Under the pieces are notes generated by a model, which was given only the letters and a program-made list of their open reading frames with translations, had not been told where the DNA came from and ran no database searches. The position numbers and the translations under genes were made by a program. Positions 9,846-19,215 of a stretch of 64,000 bases of DNA are shown here, piece after piece. The stretch comes from an uncultured delta proteobacterium. Lineage in GTDB: Bacteria > Desulfobacterota > Binatia > Binatales > Binataceae. Location of the stretch: the NCBI GenBank assembly GCA_963724765.1, contig CAVRVY010000004.1, forward strand, positions 1,179,175 to 1,243,174, in the 5' to 3' direction. The first letter of the stretch is position 1; every line of letters starts with the position of its first letter.

Positions 9846-10304
9846 CTATCGCTGCGGCAACAACGCGATCGCGCGCATCAGCAAATCGCGTGTGCTGAAA
9901 GGCTTGGTCACGTAATCATCCGCCCCCATCGCGAGGCCCAGCGCCTTTTCGGAAGCGCTCGACTTGGCGCTAACGACCATGATTGGCAGCCGTGCGGTTT
10001 CCGCCCGCGAGCGCAGCCGCCGGCAAATCTCGAGTCCCGGCATCCCGGGCAGCATCAGGTCCAGCACGATCAGGTCGGGCGCGAACGCATGCAGTTTCTC
10101 GAGCGCCTCAGCCCCGTCACTCGCCTCTTCCACTTCGAGTCCTGCCTGCGCGAGGCTGTAGCGAATCAGTTCCCGGATATCGGCCTCATCCTCGACCAGC
10201 AGGACCCTGGCTCGAGCGGCCGCCACCGCTTGCGCTTTTTCCTCCACCACTGCCGCTGCCTCCGCTCTGTCCGCGAAACTGCCGGAGCGTCTTCGGTAAC
10301 TCAT
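9846..10304 (-). CDS. single-domain response regulator (CheY-like receiver)
   Basis: VLLVEDEADIRELI...DLIVLDLMLPGMPG...MVVSAKS...GADDYVTKPF receiver motifs. No output domain. Confidence 0.85.
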   Translation of the reverse strand: MSYRRRSGSFADRAEAAAVVEEKAQAVAAARARVLLVEDEADIRELIRYSLAQAGLEVEEASDGAEALEKLHAFAPDLIVLDLMLPGMPGLEICRRLRSRAETARLPIMVVSAKSSASEKALGLAMGADDYVTKPFSTRDLLMRAIALLPQR

Positions 10305-10313
10305 TAGTCAGAC

Positions 10314-10347
10314 AAGTCCGAACCTGTCGGACCCTCCTGTCGGACTT
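10314..10347. repeat. 2x CCTGTCGGAC direct repeat (10323-10332, 10336-10345) nested in an 8-bp inverted repeat AAGTCCGA/TCGGACTT
   Basis: Read directly from the sequence. Lies 10-45 nt upstream of the response-regulator start codon (10304, minus strand). Confidence 0.4.
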
Positions 10348-10493
10348 ACTGCCTATTTGAGCCAAACATCGATCGATGATCGGAGTATTCCGGCGGTATT
10401 AATGAACGATTAAACCTCAATTCAAACAGGAGGTTCCTCGCGCGCTGGCGAACGCTAAAGCTGTGGGTAACAATTGCTCCGGAGAGACCGACG

Positions 10494-11111
10494 ATGCCGT
10501 TTTCCCAATCAAAGACTGCGGGCGAGGCCACCGGGCCTCGCTATGAATTCAGGATCTGGACTGCGTCGCTCGCGGAAGTGAAAGGGCGGCTGGAAAAACT
10601 CTCAAGGCCGCAGCCAGCCGAGCAAACACGTGAGACTTACATCGTCTCGGACGCGACCGATGACACGAACACAAAAATCAGGGCCGGGGCGATCGATATC
10701 AAGGTCCTGCTGCGCACGCATCTGAATCTGGAGCAATGGAAGCCCTATCTGAAGACGGAATTTCCGATCGACACGACGCTCATCGCGGAAAAGATCTTCC
10801 CGGCCCTACGCGTCGATCCGCCAGAATTGCGCCCGCAGCTTTTCACTGCCGAAGTCTTCGTGGATACCGTGGTGAAACAGCATCCCCGGCTCGCCGCGGT
10901 TGAGCTCGGAAAGGTCAGGCGCCGCTACGTGCTCGGCGGATGCGCGGGGGAGTTCGTCGAAGTCGAAATTGGCGGCCGCGTGATGCACAGCGTCGCGGTC
11001 GAGTCCGCCAGTCCGCGCGCCGTCCTGGACGCCGTAGACGAACTGGCGATTGGCGGCTACCCGAACATCAGCTACGTGCGGCAGATCAAATCTATCCTCG
11101 GACGCGGCTAG
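10494..11111 (+). CDS. hypothetical protein, possibly CYTH-like fold
   Basis: 205 aa with protein-like composition. Weak resemblance to CYTH domains (YEFRIW.., ..ETYIV.., ..EFVEVEI..). Domain call is tentative. Confidence 0.4.
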   Translation: MPFSQSKTAGEATGPRYEFRIWTASLAEVKGRLEKLSRPQPAEQTRETYIVSDATDDTNTKIRAGAIDIKVLLRTHLNLEQWKPYLKTEFPIDTTLIAEKIFPALRVDPPELRPQLFTAEVFVDTVVKQHPRLAAVELGKVRRRYVLGGCAGEFVEVEIGGRVMHSVAVESASPRAVLDAVDELAIGGYPNISYVRQIKSILGRG

Positions 11112-11117
11112 CGCGCG

Positions 11118-12503
11118 TTATTCTACCGGCGGACGTTGATCGCGCCACGGCCGCGCCTCCTCGAAGGCCGCGGCGAGCGCGATAATGCCGAGTTCGCCGG
11201 CGGGCCGGCCTATTATCTGCAACCCGATCGGCAACCCCGACCTGGTAAACCCGTTGGGCAGCGAGAAGGCCGGTTGGCCGGTGGCGTTGAACGGAAACGT
11301 GAACTGGATAAACGGGTAGAGTTGTTCGTCGAACTTTTCGGTCGGCAGGCCGAGCCGGGGCGCCGCACTGGGCAACGTCGGCGCGAGGATCGCGTCGTAG
11401 GGCGCCAAAGCCTGCACGATCTCGCGCGAGGTGTTGTGCATCCGTGCCACCGCTCCCAGGTAGTCGGTGGCGGAAAGACGTTTGCCGGCCTCCCACGCCC
11501 GGCGCACCACCGGGTCCATCGCGTCGGGCTCCTTGATCGGCACCGTCGCGATGCCAGCGCTGATCGCGATACGCGTGTAGTCGGCCAGGCGCTTAGCCGG
11601 ATCGACGTCGACCGGATCGACGCTGTGGCCCATCGCGCGAAAGACTTCGCAGGCGCGATCCAGCGCGGCGCGAATCTCGGCGTCAACCGGGCCGAGCGCG
11701 CTTTCCGCGATCAGTCCGAGCCGCAGCCGCTGTGGCCGATCCGTCACGGCGCTCACGAAGGGTTTGGCTGGCGGCGGCGCCCAGTAAGGATCGCCCAGCG
11801 CCGGACCAGCCATCACGTCGAGCATCAACGCTATGTCGCGCACCGAACGCGCGATCGGTCCCTCGGTCGCAAACCCGGCCCATCCCTCGCCCATCACCGG
11901 AGCAAAGCTGATACGTCCGCGCGAGGGCTTCAGCCCGACCACGCCACAGCACGCCGCCGGTATGCGAATCGAGCCGCCGCCGTCTGTGCCTTCGGCCAGC
12001 GGACCCATCCCGGCCGCGACCTGCGCCGCGGCGCCGCCGCTGGAGCCGCCGGCGCTATATTCGAGGTTCCACGGATTGTGCGCCGGCGGGCAGAGGCCGC
12101 CCTCGGTGGTCGGACGGCCGCCGAGTTCGGGCGTGGTGGTTTTGCCGAGCAGGATTCCGCCCGCGTTGCGCAAGCGCACTGCTAACTCGGCGTCTGCACG
12201 CGGGCGAAAGTTCTCGTAGTTCTTCGAGCCCATCGTGGTGCGGATGTCGCGCGTCCAGGTCAGATCCTTGAGCGAGTAGGCGACGCCATAAAGCGGCATC
12301 GCGGCGGCTTCGTCGGCGCTCGCACTCTCCAGGCGTGCCGCGTCGGCGAGCGCGCGCTCGGCGGCGACGGTCATGAAGGCGCCGAGTTTGGGATTGAGCC
12401 GTTCGATTCGAGCCAGATAGAATTCCGCAACCTCGCGCGGGCGAAGCTCTTTTTTGAGCACCAGTTCACGCAACTCCGAGGCTTCGATATACGCGTCAAT
12501 CAT
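11118..12503 (-). CDS. amidase (amidase-signature family)
   Basis: GGSSGGAAAQVAAGMGPLAEGTDGGGSIRIPAACCGVVGLKPSRGRIS is the amidase-signature Gly/Ser-rich block. Confidence 0.85.
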   Translation of the reverse strand: MIDAYIEASELRELVLKKELRPREVAEFYLARIERLNPKLGAFMTVAAERALADAARLESASADEAAAMPLYGVAYSLKDLTWTRDIRTTMGSKNYENFRPRADAELAVRLRNAGGILLGKTTTPELGGRPTTEGGLCPPAHNPWNLEYSAGGSSGGAAAQVAAGMGPLAEGTDGGGSIRIPAACCGVVGLKPSRGRISFAPVMGEGWAGFATEGPIARSVRDIALMLDVMAGPALGDPYWAPPPAKPFVSAVTDRPQRLRLGLIAESALGPVDAEIRAALDRACEVFRAMGHSVDPVDVDPAKRLADYTRIAISAGIATVPIKEPDAMDPVVRRAWEAGKRLSATDYLGAVARMHNTSREIVQALAPYDAILAPTLPSAAPRLGLPTEKFDEQLYPFIQFTFPFNATGQPAFSLPNGFTRSGLPIGLQIIGRPAGELGIIALAAAFEEARPWRDQRPPVE

Positions 12504-12734
12504 CTTTCACATTCCTCTTTCCAGCAACATTTCCGGCGCGGCTCCGATATCGCCGCTTTGGGGATTGGAAAGCGAACCGCGCACCGACTAACGAGACCGT
12601 TCAAGCCGCGCTCTTTATTCTTGTGTTAGTGCAAAATCCCGATTTCAACAATACTCGCGCCTTCGCTAGTGTGAGATGCGACGCAGACGCTGCGCGAAAC
12701 GCTTACGCGCGAAGCCTACGGAGGTAGGGCCGGC

Positions 12735-13208
12735 GTGCGCACCGGCCGGCCGACGATGCTCAGAACCACCTTCTTATGGATTCACGTGCTCTGCGGCGCA
12801 ATCTGGGTCGCCGTCAGCTTGAGCTTCGTGCTGGCCGCCGGCGCTTCCACCGAGACCGAGCACGAGGGGTTCGCCGCGCGCGTCGCGCCGGTGCTCAATC
12901 GGCTGAACCTGGCCGCGATCGTGCTTCTGCCGCTAAGCGGAATCGCGAACCTTATCTTTGTCGCACGCGAGCATCAGTTCAAACTTCCCGCAGCCTTCGT
13001 GGAGGTGTTGGGCGCGAAATTGCTGCTGCTGTGCGGGATGGCGGCCGCGTTGGCGATCGCATGGGGAACGGCGGCGAGGCTTGGCTCGGGCGCGCCGCCT
13101 GGCGCATCGAACGCCAGCGAACGGCGGCTCTTGTGGCTTTACGGCGCGATGGCCGCGATGGGCGCGGTCGCGCTGATGCTCGGTTTGTGGCTGGCGGGAA
13201 GCGCGTGA
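12735..13208 (+). CDS. small integral membrane protein (four predicted helices)
   Basis: Hydrophobic 150-aa ORF. Its stop abuts the ATG of the next gene (TGA ATG). Confidence 0.5.
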   Translation: MRTGRPTMLRTTFLWIHVLCGAIWVAVSLSFVLAAGASTETEHEGFAARVAPVLNRLNLAAIVLLPLSGIANLIFVAREHQFKLPAAFVEVLGAKLLLLCGMAAALAIAWGTAARLGSGAPPGASNASERRLLWLYGAMAAMGAVALMLGLWLAGSA

Positions 13209-14108
13209 ATGGAGATAGCGAAAGTGTCAGTGAAAAAAATCAACGTCGGCGAATTCGAGATCGCGATGCTCAGCGATGGTCTGTGGCGCAACGACGGCGG
13301 ATGCATGTTCGGCGTGGTGCCGCGCGAGCTATGGCAGCGCGACCATCCTGCCGACGACCGCAACCGCATCCGACTCAACCTCACGTGCCCGCTCATCATG
13401 CGCGGCGGCGCCGCGGTGCTGGTCGACACCGGAATTGGCAACCGGCTGAGTTCGGTCGAGCGCAAGATTTTCGATCACGGCGAGGGCTGGCTTCCCGAGG
13501 GGCTCAAGGCGCTCGGGATGGAGCCGGGTGACGTGACGCACGTCGTGCTCTCGCATCTGCACTTCGACCACTGCGGGGGGATCGTGCGGCGGCGGCCGTC
13601 GGGCGTGCTGGAGGCGGCGTTCCCGCGGGCCAGGGTGATGGTGCAGCGGGGCGAACTGGAAATCGCTCACGGATCGCGCAATGAACGATTGCGGGCCGCG
13701 TATCGTCACATAGAGGAGTGTCTTGCGCCGCTGCAAAATGCGTTGGAAGCGCTTGAGGGCGACACCGAGTTGATGTCGGGATTGGACATCCGGGTGACCG
13801 GCGGCCACACCTCCGATCATCAAATTGTGCAAGTGCGCGCCGAAGACGGCGGATGCTTCGTGCATCTGGCGGACATCGTGCCAACCCGCTCGCACATGAA
13901 AGGTCCGTGGAACCAGGCTTACGATCTCGATGCGCTGCGCACGATGGAGGTCAAGGCGGACTATCTGGGGCGCGCGGTCGCGGGCGGATGGTGGGTGTCG
14001 TTCGCGCACGACGATCGAGTGCTGGCGGCGCAAGTGCGCAACGATCGTGGACGGCTCGCGCTGGGTGAGTCGATCCCGATGCCGTCGCTGGAGCGGGGGC
14101 GAGAGTAA
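13209..14108 (+). CDS. MBL-fold metallo-hydrolase
   Basis: HVVLSHLHFDHCGG metal-binding motif. Confidence 0.8.
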   Translation: MEIAKVSVKKINVGEFEIAMLSDGLWRNDGGCMFGVVPRELWQRDHPADDRNRIRLNLTCPLIMRGGAAVLVDTGIGNRLSSVERKIFDHGEGWLPEGLKALGMEPGDVTHVVLSHLHFDHCGGIVRRRPSGVLEAAFPRARVMVQRGELEIAHGSRNERLRAAYRHIEECLAPLQNALEALEGDTELMSGLDIRVTGGHTSDHQIVQVRAEDGGCFVHLADIVPTRSHMKGPWNQAYDLDALRTMEVKADYLGRAVAGGWWVSFAHDDRVLAAQVRNDRGRLALGESIPMPSLERGRE

Positions 14109-14363
14109 GGCAAAGGTTGATATTTTCGAGGCGAAGTGCGGCCTTTGTGAGAGGCTATCGCATCGTCGCGTTACAGTGGATAATCTTATTGTTGTGGACA
14201 ACTGGCTTCGCGAGGTGGATTTAGGCGAGGCTGCGCATTGATCGCGTCGCGAGTTCGGTTATGCTCAATCGCATAGGATGCGCATCAACCAAAGAATCGT
14301 CCTGCCCGTTTTCTCTTCGAACGAACATTCTCCCTAGGTGTCTGCTCAACAAGGAGTCTGCTG

Positions 14364-16298
14364 ATGACCGCAGTTAACGACTTTGAGCGCGTGATCAAGC
14401 AAGACCGGGCCTCGCGCGAATCGAAGCAGTGGCGCGGAACGCTGCTCGAATACTTCGAGATCGTGAAGGCCGATCCTACGTTCACCAAGCTTTCTCACGC
14501 GCGTGTCTATGACCTGATCATCTCGAGCGGCATGCATAATATCCAGGAAGCCGACGATCCGCGCACCAAACGGCTCTACAAGGACGAGCCGGTGAAGGTC
14601 TACCACTTCTTCGCCGACGAGTTCTTCGGTATCGAACGCACCATCGCTCAGCTCGTGCGCTACTTCCACTCGGCCTCGCTCAAGGGCGAGGAGAGCCGCC
14701 AGGTGCTGTACCTGATGGGCCCGGTGGGTTCGGGCAAGAGCTCGCTGGTCGAGCGCGTCCAGCGCGGCCTCGAGCAGGCGAGCCCCGTGTACGCGATCGA
14801 GGGCTGCCCGATGCATGAGGAGCCGCTGCATCTGGTCCCGCGCCACCTCAGGCGCGAATTCGAGAAGATGCTCGGCGTGCACATCGAGGGCGACCTGTGT
14901 CCGGTGTGCCGCTATCGGCTCAAGGAAGAGTTCGGACAGCGCTACGAGGAAGTGCCGATCGAAACCCGGAGCTTCTCCAAGCGCAACCGCATCGGAATTG
15001 GCGTGGTGCCGCCGGTCGATCCCAACAACCAGGACACCTCGGTGCTGATCGGATCGGAGGACATCTCCAAGCTCGACCAGTACTCCGAGGGCGATCCGCG
15101 GGTGCTCGAGCTCAACGGCGCGCTCAACGTCGGCAACCGCGGACTGGTCGAGTTCATCGAGGTGTTCAAGAACGAGACCGAGTATCTGCACGCGATGATC
15201 ACGGCGACGCAGGAAAAAGTCATCCCGGCGCCCGGCCGCCATGGCATGGTCTACGTCGACACCTGCATCCTGGCCCACTCCAACGAGGCCGAGTGGCAAA
15301 AGTTCAAGGCCGACCACACCAACGAGGCGATCCTCGATCGTATCGTGGTAATCAAGGTGCCGTACAATTTGCGGCTGTCCGAGGAAGTGAAGATCTACCA
15401 GAAGATCATCCGTAACTCGGACTTCCGCGCCCACGTCGCGCCGCACACGCTGGAGCTGGCCTCGATGTTCGCGATCCTGTCGCGGCTCGAACCGACCTCC
15501 AAGTGCGATCTGATGACCAAGCTGCGCCTGTACAACGGCGAAGAAGTGGTCGAAAAGGGGCGGACCAAGAAGATCGACGTGGCGGAGCTCAAGGAAGACG
15601 CCAAGCGCGAAGGGATGTCGGGAATCTCGACCCGCTTCATCATGAAGGCGCTGGACAACGCGCTCTCCGACAACGTCAGCGGCAACTGCATCAATCCGAT
15701 CAACGTGCGCGAGGCGCTGATCGGGATGGTCAAGGAGGGCGATCTGCCCGACGACAGCCGCAAGCAGTACCTCGAGTTCCTCCAGGATACGTTACACAAG
15801 GAGTACCTCGATCTGCTCGAGAAGGAGATCACGCGCGCCTTTGTTTACTCCTACCAGGAGCAGGCCGAGGCGCTGTTCCAGAACTATCTCGACCACGCCG
15901 AGGCCTACGTCAACAAGACCAAGGTGCGCGACCGCAACACCAAGGAAGAGCTGCCGCCGGACGAGGGCTTCCTGAAATCGATCGAGGAGCAGATAGCGAT
16001 CATCGGCTCGACCGCCGACGGTTTCCGCCAGGAAGTGATCGCATACCTGTGGTCGACCTCGCGGCGCGGTGAAAAAGTCAGCTACCGCAGCTACGAGCCG
16101 CTCAAAGAGGCGATCGAGAAGAAGCTTATGACCTCCGTGCGCGACATCTCGCGGATCATCACCAAGGCTCGCACGCGTGACGAGGAGCAGGCCGAGAAGT
16201 ACGGCGCGATGGTGCGCAACCTGCTGGAGAACGGCTACTGCGAATCGTGCGTCGACGTGGTGCTCAAGTACGCCGCCAACAATCTCTGGAAAGATTGA
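14364..16298 (+). CDS. prkA: PrkA/YeaG family serine protein kinase (AAA-like N-domain)
   Basis: 644 aa. Walker A LMGPVGSGKSSL. Sequence collinear with PrkA/YeaG proteins as I remember them. Followed by the expected DUF444 and SpoVR partners. Confidence 0.9.
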   Translation: MTAVNDFERVIKQDRASRESKQWRGTLLEYFEIVKADPTFTKLSHARVYDLIISSGMHNIQEADDPRTKRLYKDEPVKVYHFFADEFFGIERTIAQLVRYFHSASLKGEESRQVLYLMGPVGSGKSSLVERVQRGLEQASPVYAIEGCPMHEEPLHLVPRHLRREFEKMLGVHIEGDLCPVCRYRLKEEFGQRYEEVPIETRSFSKRNRIGIGVVPPVDPNNQDTSVLIGSEDISKLDQYSEGDPRVLELNGALNVGNRGLVEFIEVFKNETEYLHAMITATQEKVIPAPGRHGMVYVDTCILAHSNEAEWQKFKADHTNEAILDRIVVIKVPYNLRLSEEVKIYQKIIRNSDFRAHVAPHTLELASMFAILSRLEPTSKCDLMTKLRLYNGEEVVEKGRTKKIDVAELKEDAKREGMSGISTRFIMKALDNALSDNVSGNCINPINVREALIGMVKEGDLPDDSRKQYLEFLQDTLHKEYLDLLEKEITRAFVYSYQEQAEALFQNYLDHAEAYVNKTKVRDRNTKEELPPDEGFLKSIEEQIAIIGSTADGFRQEVIAYLWSTSRRGEKVSYRSYEPLKEAIEKKLMTSVRDISRIITKARTRDEEQAEKYGAMVRNLLENGYCESCVDVVLKYAANNLWKD

Positions 16299-16450
16299 GA
16301 TTGGCGGCGCTCGGCGGCCAGGAGAACATGTCTGAAATCCGCATTGCTGCGGCAGGCCGACGCTCGGGTCACGGTCGGGTGATGTAGTTAAACCGGGCGC
16401 GCGCGCCGTATAATTCGTAGCGGAGGAGGAGGAACCCGCGAGGACCGAAA

Positions 16451-17698
16451 ATGGCTCTCGAAAGCATCTTTCGCGAATACAGCCGCTCCGACGCGGAGCA
16501 CTCCGACCGCTCGGCTGGCGATCGTGCGCGGCATCGCCAGAAGGTCCGCGAGTCGATCCGCGAAAATATCGCGGACATCATCGCGGAAGAATCGATCATC
16601 GGCAAAGACCGCGACCGCGTGATCAAGGTTCCGCTCCGCGGCATCAAGGAGTACCGCTTCATATACGGCGAGAACGCGCCCGGCGCTGGCCAGGGCCAGG
16701 GCGACACGCGCCCCGGCCAGGTCGTGGGCAAGACCGGCAAGGATGGCCAGGGCAAGGGCGACGGCCAGGCCGGCGACCGCCCCGGCATCGATTACTACGA
16801 GACCGATGTCACGCTAGACGAACTGATCGAGATCATGTTCGAGGATCTCGAACTGCCCAATCTTGAGCGGCGCGCGCTGCGCCAGATTCCCTCCGACCGC
16901 TCCTTCAAGCGCAAGGGCTACCGGCACGTCGGCATCCGTATCCGGCTCGACAAGCGGCGCACGGCGCGCCAGCGCGTGATGCGGATTCTCGCCGCGCGCC
17001 ATCGCCATGCGGCCGAGCGCGCGCTCGAGGTGGCGGAGGCCGCGGAACTCGAGGCCGATACCGGCGGCGAGGAAGAAGAAGCGCAAGAGCGGCGCTTCCC
17101 CTTTCACCAGGACGATCTGCGCTACCGCCACGTCGAGACTGACACCAAGGAAGAGTCCAATGCGGTCGTGATGTGCATCATGGACACCTCGGGCTCGATG
17201 GACACGATGAAGAAGTATCTGGCGAGGAGCTTCTTCTTCATGCTCTACCAGTTCATCGCGACGCGCTATCGCAACGTCGAAATCGTCTTCATCGCCCATC
17301 ATACGGAGGCCCGCGAGGTCACCGAGGAAGAGTTCTTTCACAAGGGCGAGGGCGGCGGTACCTTCATTTCATCGGGCTATTTGAAGGCGCTCGAGATCAT
17401 CAACGAGCGCTACCATCCCTCGCTGTGGAACATCTACGCCTTTCACTGTTCCGACGGCGACAACTTCGACTCCGACAATCCGGCGGCGCTCAAGTCGGCC
17501 AAGGAATTGTCCGAGCTCTGTAACCTGTTCGGCTACGGCGAGATCAAACCGCTGGGATCGCGCTACTATGAATCGTCGATGCTCAACGTGTTCCGGCGGC
17601 TCGAGGCATCCAACTTCCACTCGGTGCTGATCGAACGCAAGGAGGACATCTGGCCCTCCTTCAAGGCCTTTCTCGCCAAAGATCGGATTAAAGAATAG
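16451..17698 (+). CDS. yeaH: YeaH/YhbH (DUF444) family protein
   Basis: 415 aa with the Gly/Gln/Asp-rich linker and a C-terminal vWA-like block (..VVMCIMDTSGSM..) typical of DUF444. Located between prkA and spoVR. Confidence 0.85.
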   Translation: MALESIFREYSRSDAEHSDRSAGDRARHRQKVRESIRENIADIIAEESIIGKDRDRVIKVPLRGIKEYRFIYGENAPGAGQGQGDTRPGQVVGKTGKDGQGKGDGQAGDRPGIDYYETDVTLDELIEIMFEDLELPNLERRALRQIPSDRSFKRKGYRHVGIRIRLDKRRTARQRVMRILAARHRHAAERALEVAEAAELEADTGGEEEEAQERRFPFHQDDLRYRHVETDTKEESNAVVMCIMDTSGSMDTMKKYLARSFFFMLYQFIATRYRNVEIVFIAHHTEAREVTEEEFFHKGEGGGTFISSGYLKALEIINERYHPSLWNIYAFHCSDGDNFDSDNPAALKSAKELSELCNLFGYGEIKPLGSRYYESSMLNVFRRLEASNFHSVLIERKEDIWPSFKAFLAKDRIKE

Positions 17699-17751
17699 TT
17701 CGAATTAAAGGATAGATCGGATCAAGGATATAGTTCAGACCGAAACCTAAG

Positions 17752-19182
17752 ATGGCGAACTACGAACTCAAGGACTTGGTCGAATGGGACGCGCGCATCC
17801 GCGACAAGGTCGCCGAGTTCGGGCTCAACTGCTTCACGCAGGAGTTCGAGCTGTGCGACCACTTCGGGATGCTCGGCTACATGGCGTACTCGGGGATGCC
17901 CTCGCATTACCCGCACTGGTCGTACGGCAAGTCCTACGAAAAGCTCAAGACGCTCTACGACCACGGGGTGAGCGGCCTGCCCTATGAGATGGTCATCAAC
18001 TCCGACCCGGCGCTCGCCTACCTGATGCGTGACAATACGCTGCTGCTCCAAATCCTGACCATCGCGCACGTTTACGGCCATAACGACTTCTTCAAGAACA
18101 ATTTCACCTATCGCACTACCCGCGCCTCGCTGACCATCGAGCTGTTCAAGGCCCACGCGTTGCGCGTGCGGCATTACGCAGAGGATCCTTCCATCGGCGT
18201 CGACAAGGTCGAGCACGTTCTCGACGCGGCGCACGCGCTGAGCTGGCAATGCCGGCGCAACCTTGCGATCCGCAAGCTCAGCCACAACGAGCAGCTCGAA
18301 CGCCTGGTGGAAGCGGCTCATCCCAAGACCGATCCCTTCCATCGCATCCATGCGCGCGAGGAGGTCCACGAGCCCGATATCCACAAGGTGCCGGTCGAGC
18401 CCGACGAGGACCTCCTGCTGTTCATCCGCGACCACAACCCGTTTCTCGCCGAATGGGAGAAGGACCTGCTGACCATCGTGGACGAGGAAGCGAAGTACTT
18501 TCTGCCGATGCTCGAGACCAAGATCATGAACGAGGGATGGGCGAGCTACTGGCACAAGCGCATCGTGGAGTCGCTCGATCTCGAACAGGGCCTGCACCTG
18601 GAATTCATCGTGCGGCACAACCAGGTCGTCCGTCCGATACCCGGCCAGATCAATCCCTACTACCTCGGGTTCAAAATCTGGGAAGACATCTACCGCCGCC
18701 ACACCAATCCGACGGCCGAGGAGATCAAGCGTGACGGCCCCCCGTCCAAGAACGGCGAAGCCAAGATCTTCGAGGTGCGCGAGGCCGAGCGCGACAGCTC
18801 CTTTCTGCGCCGTTTCCTGACCGAGGAATTGATGCGCGAGATGGACCTGTTCAAGTACGAGGCGCGCGGCGACGATTTGGTGGTCGACAAGGTCTCCGAT
18901 GAAGAAGGCTGGCGCGAGGTCAAGGACACGCTCATCCGCAACGTCGGCGCCAGCTCGATTCCCGTGATCAAGGTCGAGGACGCCGACTTCGGCCAGAACC
19001 GCACGCTGTACCTCAAGCACAGTCATGACGGCCGCGATCTCCAGCTCGAGTACGGCGAGAAAACGCTCGCCTACGTGGCCCGCCTGTGGGGACGCGAGGT
19101 CGTGCTTGAGACCACGCTGCAGGGCAAGCGCTCGCTGCTCTGCTACAACGAGCGGGGCTTCTCGATGCGCGCGTTGAAGTAG
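17752..19182 (+). CDS. spoVR: SpoVR/YcgB family protein
   Basis: 476 aa. ..HYPHWSYGKSYE.., ..AHVYGHNDFFKNN.., ..IMNEGWASYWH.. are SpoVR hallmarks. Confidence 0.9.
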   Translation: MANYELKDLVEWDARIRDKVAEFGLNCFTQEFELCDHFGMLGYMAYSGMPSHYPHWSYGKSYEKLKTLYDHGVSGLPYEMVINSDPALAYLMRDNTLLLQILTIAHVYGHNDFFKNNFTYRTTRASLTIELFKAHALRVRHYAEDPSIGVDKVEHVLDAAHALSWQCRRNLAIRKLSHNEQLERLVEAAHPKTDPFHRIHAREEVHEPDIHKVPVEPDEDLLLFIRDHNPFLAEWEKDLLTIVDEEAKYFLPMLETKIMNEGWASYWHKRIVESLDLEQGLHLEFIVRHNQVVRPIPGQINPYYLGFKIWEDIYRRHTNPTAEEIKRDGPPSKNGEAKIFEVREAERDSSFLRRFLTEELMREMDLFKYEARGDDLVVDKVSDEEGWREVKDTLIRNVGASSIPVIKVEDADFGQNRTLYLKHSHDGRDLQLEYGEKTLAYVARLWGREVVLETTLQGKRSLLCYNERGFSMRALK

Positions 19183-19215
19183 CGGGCCGCGTCTCGCGCG
19201 CTGCGGCACGCCGCG

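Noticed and set aside
14346-15446. 366-aa minus-strand ORF
   Set aside because: It is antisense to prkA. It is a shadow ORF.
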